Positions 60,901 to 64,000 of a DNA stretch of 64,000 nucleotides are shown one piece after another. The stretch is from positions 1,674,001 to 1,738,000 of the forward strand of contig NZ_CP134949.1 of assembly GCF_032116555.1 (NCBI RefSeq), written 5' to 3'. The position numbers were made by a program, and so were the translations under genes. The notes beneath the pieces are model-generated. The model saw only the letters and a list, made by a program, of their open reading frames with translations, did no database searches and was not told the DNA's origin. Within the stretch, counting starts at the first letter, position 1. Each line of letters opens with the position of its first letter. This DNA is from Halorarum halobium. Its GTDB lineage: Archaea > Halobacteriota > Halobacteria > Halobacteriales > Haloferacaceae.

Positions 60901-61010
60901 GCCCAGGAGTAGCGTCCGGCGACGACCCGCGGTTCCCCCCGAAGCGACGCCGGCCCGCCGGATTCCTCGAATCCGGTCCCCGGCGTCGCGTCCGCGTCGT
61001 CGGTGGCCAT
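57996..61010 (-). CDS. pilB: Type IV pilus assembly ATPase (PilB/FlaI family)
   Basis: EDISCDG, ATLPDGSR, Walker A GGTASGKT, SIEDTRE, LRQRPDYIVMGEIRG.E, TGH...TFHA. Confidence 0.95.
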   Translation of the reverse strand: MATDDADATPGTGFEESGGPASLRGEPRVVAGRYSWADLLRELGYETEADRLDERARIDPDEREDVGDGGAADDGTGDADSEREPDRRPITADDVRAVGLDPAEFLGDDPDALPGRFAAGAEIAGRITDQSALIGYDDTPVVKDFYTWEDYREEYFLDEEGEPPTDDEGEPLAFTHEDRTDALGFDPDAIEETLGHLSGRAPELDDLVDERTVDVNEDVDEDEFFSRADGRTTIANRYDLEKAVPMAKKTHFREEERYWVNEPYSFVVLFHSTKENEKKYYVVEPYRNPIEDDLTEFLEGKLRSAIKYADEGGVASDEAHRKEVIREETYDLLDRYDLYRREESEGLGNKLADALGIDPDDGAAGRLVRALGFDEPVTEGEIEGIAARPEPAVIAEDPETLTEYTVRKLLYYLERDFIGYERIDGIKHDINVEDISCDGYESPVFVYHSDYEQIISNVYHGTAELDDFVVKLAQRSGKGISKRRPQVDATLPDGSRAQLTLGKEVSDHGTNYTIRQFKDVPFTPIDLINWTTFSLDEMAFLWLCIENHKSLIFAGGTASGKTTSLNAVSLFIPSNSKIVSIEDTREVELPQRNWIASVTRPSFSEDDKGDVDEFDLLEAALRQRPDYIVMGEIRGEEGRTLFQVMSTGHTTYTTFHADSVGEVLKRFTTDPINVSKTMFTALDLVSIQTSTRVQGRKVRRNKSLTEINHYDAENDEINVQDVYQWQAETDNFLKMGESNTLEEIAFDRGWSHETLQEELLQRRAVLAYLIDRGLNTYTQVAATLQAFINDPETILALMADEGLEESLEDLREMESVLIDVDADKEEMVPRPEPDERTAAEAEDVLDRAEDLLAEYRGAEPDSVLSALRDVRPEPDIDASDAVDADPTARPSAFDDEPDDGDPSGDGTVSESTADPFDAVDQFDDDVDSGGSKEVESREDPNGIESGEDSNPVDPDGDEPDSADGDEDGSDQDDGDRDGSDEVDGVSDDEIDDWGFGEVENPEDG

Positions 61011-61374
61011 ACCACGCCTCACAATCGGAGGTGAAGTTAAATGCACCCCCGAAATATCGTTTTCGAGAACGGGAATATTGGACAGCTAACAGGACTCTCT
61101 CGTGAAATTTCGCCACCCCTTCTTTGGATACAAATTCGCCAGTTGGGGGCGGTCTCTCACCCGATTCTGCCGGTCGAGCCGACGTTGAAAGAATATCCGT
61201 CGGCCGAGTGCCGGTCACTGGAGGGGTGGGGAGCGACGTCCATCGACTTCGCTTCCCACACCACCTCCTCAGTACGAACGACGGCACGGCTCCTCGCACT
61301 CCGAGCGCCCCCGAGGTCTCGTCTACCTCGTAATCCCGTCACGCCGGTTCGCTCGCCGCTCCGTTCCTCGCTAT

Positions 61375-61447
61375 CGGGCGTGACGGGATTCGAACCCGCG
61401 ATCTAGAGGTTAGGAACCTCTCGCCGTATCCGCTTGGCCACACGCCC
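61375..61447 (-). tRNA. tRNA-Arg(CCT)
   Basis: Reverse complement GGGCGTGTGGCCAAGCGGATACGGCG-AGAGG-TTCCTAA-CCTCT-AGATCGCGGGTTCGAATCCCGTCACGCCCG. Confidence 0.96.
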
Positions 61448-61504
61448 CGCTCGAAGCGTGCGGGTGGCCGGTAGAAAAACGGTGCGGAGCGGGCGGATGC
61501 CGAT

Positions 61505-61786
61505 TCAGGCCGATTCCGTCTCGGTCGTCGACTCCGTGTCGTCCGCCGCGTCGGCCGCGCTGGCCTCGTCGGCCGTGTCGTCGACGCCGGTCGCTCCCTC
61601 CTGCATGTCCTGCAGTTCGTCCTCGATCTCCTCGCGGCCCTTCTTGAACTCGCCCATCGCCTGTCCCGTCGACCGGGCCAGTTTGGGGATCTTGTTCGCG
61701 CCGAACAGCAGGACGAGCACGAGGAGAATGATGAGCATCTCCGGCCCGCCGGGGATCGCACCGAACAGGGGTACTGTAGTCAGCAT
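61505..61786 (-). CDS. tatA: Twin-arginine translocase subunit TatA
   Basis: GGPEMLIILLVLVLLFGANKIPKLARSTGQAMGEFKKG. Confidence 0.95.
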   Translation of the reverse strand: MLTTVPLFGAIPGGPEMLIILLVLVLLFGANKIPKLARSTGQAMGEFKKGREEIEDELQDMQEGATGVDDTADEASAADAADDTESTTETESA

Positions 61787-62113
61787 CTCTACCTCCGGCT
61801 AGCCCGGTGGCGACTATAGGCTTTTTGCTCCGCTCAGGTCGAGACGCCCGCGAGACGGCCGTCCGAATCACTGCCCCGAGTTTGCCGCCCGCGTCTCGGC
61901 GCACGGCCGCCCACGCCAGCCACCCAGAAGCCGAACCGTGGTGACTGGTTGGTTACCATCGCCGAGTAACCGGAGCGTACCGGGGGCAGTGAGCGGGGAG
62001 CGACACCCCGTCGCACGCGATCCGACCGCGACGTCCTGGATGACGAGACGACACCTGTCAACCGGTGGCACGACGGGCGAGCGTTTTTGCGCGACGGTCC
62101 CTACTGCCGAGGT

Positions 62114-62944
62114 ATGAGCGACGATCAGGCCGCCGACCCCGTCGCGGGCGGTCGGCGCTACAGCCCCGACGCCGACCACGCGTTCCCGGACGAGAAGCTG
62201 AACGAGGTGCTCGCGGCGCTCCGCGACGACCCGGAGATCCACACCTACCTCCGCGCACAGAACGTCAACGCAGTCACCCGAAAGGGGTACAACGACCACG
62301 GCGCGAAACACATCGAGATCGTCCGCAACCACGCGCTCCGGCTGTACGACCTGCTGAAACGGGGTGGCGTCGAGTTCAACGGCGCCGCCGAGCAGGGGCT
62401 CGCGGAGGCCGACGAGGCCGTTATCATCGCGCTCGCCGCGACCCTCCACGACATCGGCCACGTCGTCCACCGCGACGAGCACGCCTACTACTCCATCCCG
62501 CTCGCGGCCGACGTGCTCGACAGGTTCCTCGCCGACTTCTACGACACCTCCGAGGCGGTGCGGATGAAGGGCGAGGTGCTCCACGCCATCCTCTGTCACC
62601 ACACCGAGGAGGACCCCCTGACCCGCGAGGCCGGCGTCATCCGCGTCGCCGACGGACTCGACATGGAGCAGGGACGCTCGCGCATGCCCTACGAGAAGGG
62701 CGGGCGCGGCATCAACACGCTCTCCTCGCAGGCGATCCGTCGCGTCGAACTGAAACCGGGGTCGGCCGCCGGCGAGGACGCGCCGGTGCTCGTCGACATC
62801 GAGATGGTCAACGCCGCCGGCGTCTACCAGGTCGACAACCTCCTGAAGGCGAAGCTCCGGGACTCGCTCATCGACGAGTACGTCCGCATCGTCGCCATCA
62901 ACAGCAAGGCGGACGACCAGCTCGTCGAGCGCATCGAACTCTAG
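62114..62944 (+). CDS. HD-domain metal-dependent phosphohydrolase (different family from the SAMHD1-like pair)
   Basis: YNDHG.KH, LHDIGH..HR..H, ILCHH, ADGLDM. Confidence 0.88.
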   Translation: MSDDQAADPVAGGRRYSPDADHAFPDEKLNEVLAALRDDPEIHTYLRAQNVNAVTRKGYNDHGAKHIEIVRNHALRLYDLLKRGGVEFNGAAEQGLAEADEAVIIALAATLHDIGHVVHRDEHAYYSIPLAADVLDRFLADFYDTSEAVRMKGEVLHAILCHHTEEDPLTREAGVIRVADGLDMEQGRSRMPYEKGGRGINTLSSQAIRRVELKPGSAAGEDAPVLVDIEMVNAAGVYQVDNLLKAKLRDSLIDEYVRIVAINSKADDQLVERIEL

Positions 62945-63019
62945 GCGTCCCTCGCTGCCGACTTCGAGACGCTTTTGAACGCGGAAGCGGTGTTTCGAAC
63001 CGAAAGGGGATAGCCTCAG

Positions 63020-64000
63020 GTGGCACGCTTTGGCAACTCCGTCGCGCTCCTCCGGGACAGGGAGTTCGCGGCGCTCGCGGGGACCGCGTTCGCGCGCAGT
63101 CAGGCGTACTCGACGATCCTCATCGCGCTCGCGCTGTACGCGGAAACGTTCGGCACGACGGGGTTCATCGAGGGGCTGTTCGGGACCGCGTTCGCGCTGG
63201 TCCAGCTCGCCATCGTGCTCCCGCTCGGGCGGAAGGTGGACACGGGCAACGCGAAGCGCTACCTGCTCGCCGGCTTTCTCGTCAACGTGGCGACGTTCCT
63301 CGGGTTCATGCTCGTCCAGAGCCCCGAGCACGTCATCCTCGTCCGGATGGTCCAGGGGCTCGGCGCGTCGATGCTCTGGATCACCGGCGCGACGATCATC
63401 GGCGAGATCAGCCCGGACGGGGAGCGGGGCCGCTGGCTCGGCTCGTACAACCAGTTCGCGTCGTTCTCGTCGCTCGCGGGCGACCTGCTCGGCGGCTACC
63501 TGCTGTACGCGTACGGCTTCACCGAGACGTACCTGGTCCTCACGCTCATCACGCTCGGAACGTTCGTCCTCGTCTACGCGTTCCTCCGCGACAACCCCGG
63601 CGGGCGAAAGGACCCGGAGGAGGCGGGCGGACTGGAGACGTTCCGCTCGCTCATCGACCTCGGCATGTTGCGCGCGCTCGTCACGTTCCGATTCACCTTC
63701 AGCGTCGGGAAGATGGCGGTGATCATCTTTCTCCCCATCTACGCGAGGACGGAGTTCGGCATCTCCGCGTTCGCCATCGGCTGGATCATGGCCGGCGGGA
63801 AGCTGACGAAGGCGCTCACCCAGGGGTTCGTCGGCAACCTCACCGACCGACTCGGGCGGAAACACTACTTCGTCGCCGTCGGCGCGCTGCTGTACGGGCT
63901 GGGAACGGCCGCCATCCCGCTCGCGAGCTACTTCGAGGGGTCGGTCGCGCCGGTCGAGATCTCGTATCTGGGCGACACGCAGGTGCTCGGCGGGGCCTTC
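63020..64000 (+). CDS. MFS transporter, N-terminal part (runs off window end)
   Basis: Open frame from GTG at 63020: MARFGNSVALLRDREFAALAG...LGRKVD.GNAKR...VRMVQGLG...GNLTDRLGRK. Confidence 0.9.
   Translation, partial: MARFGNSVALLRDREFAALAGTAFARSQAYSTILIALALYAETFGTTGFIEGLFGTAFALVQLAIVLPLGRKVDTGNAKRYLLAGFLVNVATFLGFMLVQSPEHVILVRMVQGLGASMLWITGATIIGEISPDGERGRWLGSYNQFASFSSLAGDLLGGYLLYAYGFTETYLVLTLITLGTFVLVYAFLRDNPGGRKDPEEAGGLETFRSLIDLGMLRALVTFRFTFSVGKMAVIIFLPIYARTEFGISAFAIGWIMAGGKLTKALTQGFVGNLTDRLGRKHYFVAVGALLYGLGTAAIPLASYFEGSVAPVEISYLGDTQVLGGAF

Noticed and set aside
61787..62113. Gap between tatA and the HD gene as a possible ncRNA
   Set aside because: Only short, weak dyads; explained by divergent promoters.
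1..64000. Many long antisense or alternate-frame ORFs (for example 10999-12585, 14874-17039, 34247-36520, 58755-60896, 61868-63865)
   Set aside because: They shadow well-supported genes, are Arg/Pro/Gly-rich or typical antisense translations, and are expected in high-GC DNA where stop codons are scarce.
1..64000. CRISPR arrays, IS elements, integrases, provirus genes, rRNA
   Set aside because: I saw no repeat-spacer periodicity, transposase or recombinase motifs, terminal inverted repeats or rRNA-like sequence.

Overview
High-GC (roughly 70% by eye) chromosomal segment of a halophilic archaeon (class Halobacteria), judged from acidic proteins, archaeal r-proteins (S17e, L21e, S3Ae, S15), Rpo4, aIF-1A, Pcc1 and halocyanin. 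It is mostly core genome: acyl-CoA carboxylase genes pccB-pccX and pccA, a ribose-1,5-bisphosphate isomerase/PfkB kinase pair, split MetE, the rpl21e-rpo4-DUF655-rsmA-mscS-hemK run, hisD, the rps15-recJ-like-pcc1-rps3ae operon, TrmB, tatA, three tRNAs (Leu-CAA, Ala-GGC, Arg-CCT) and a type IV pilus-like locus (ATPase, platform protein, six class III signal peptide proteins). I found no IS element, integrase or CRISPR array. The most notable observations are: (1) an uncharacterised two-gene membrane module, apparently a metallo-hydrolase-like subunit plus a degenerate partner, that recurs 10 kb away as one fused gene; (2) two SAMHD1-like HD paralogs that share perfectly identical DNA tracts, suggesting gene conversion, and are separated by a Tat-lipoprotein GH5 gene; (3) a consensus TrmB operator on the trmB promoter; (4) a P450/regulator cassette between pccX and pccA; (5) pilin-like proteins carrying candidate adhesin or lectin domains; (6) tRNA trailers containing copies or antisense copies of the tRNA 3' ends. 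Family names come from motif recognition, not from database searches.
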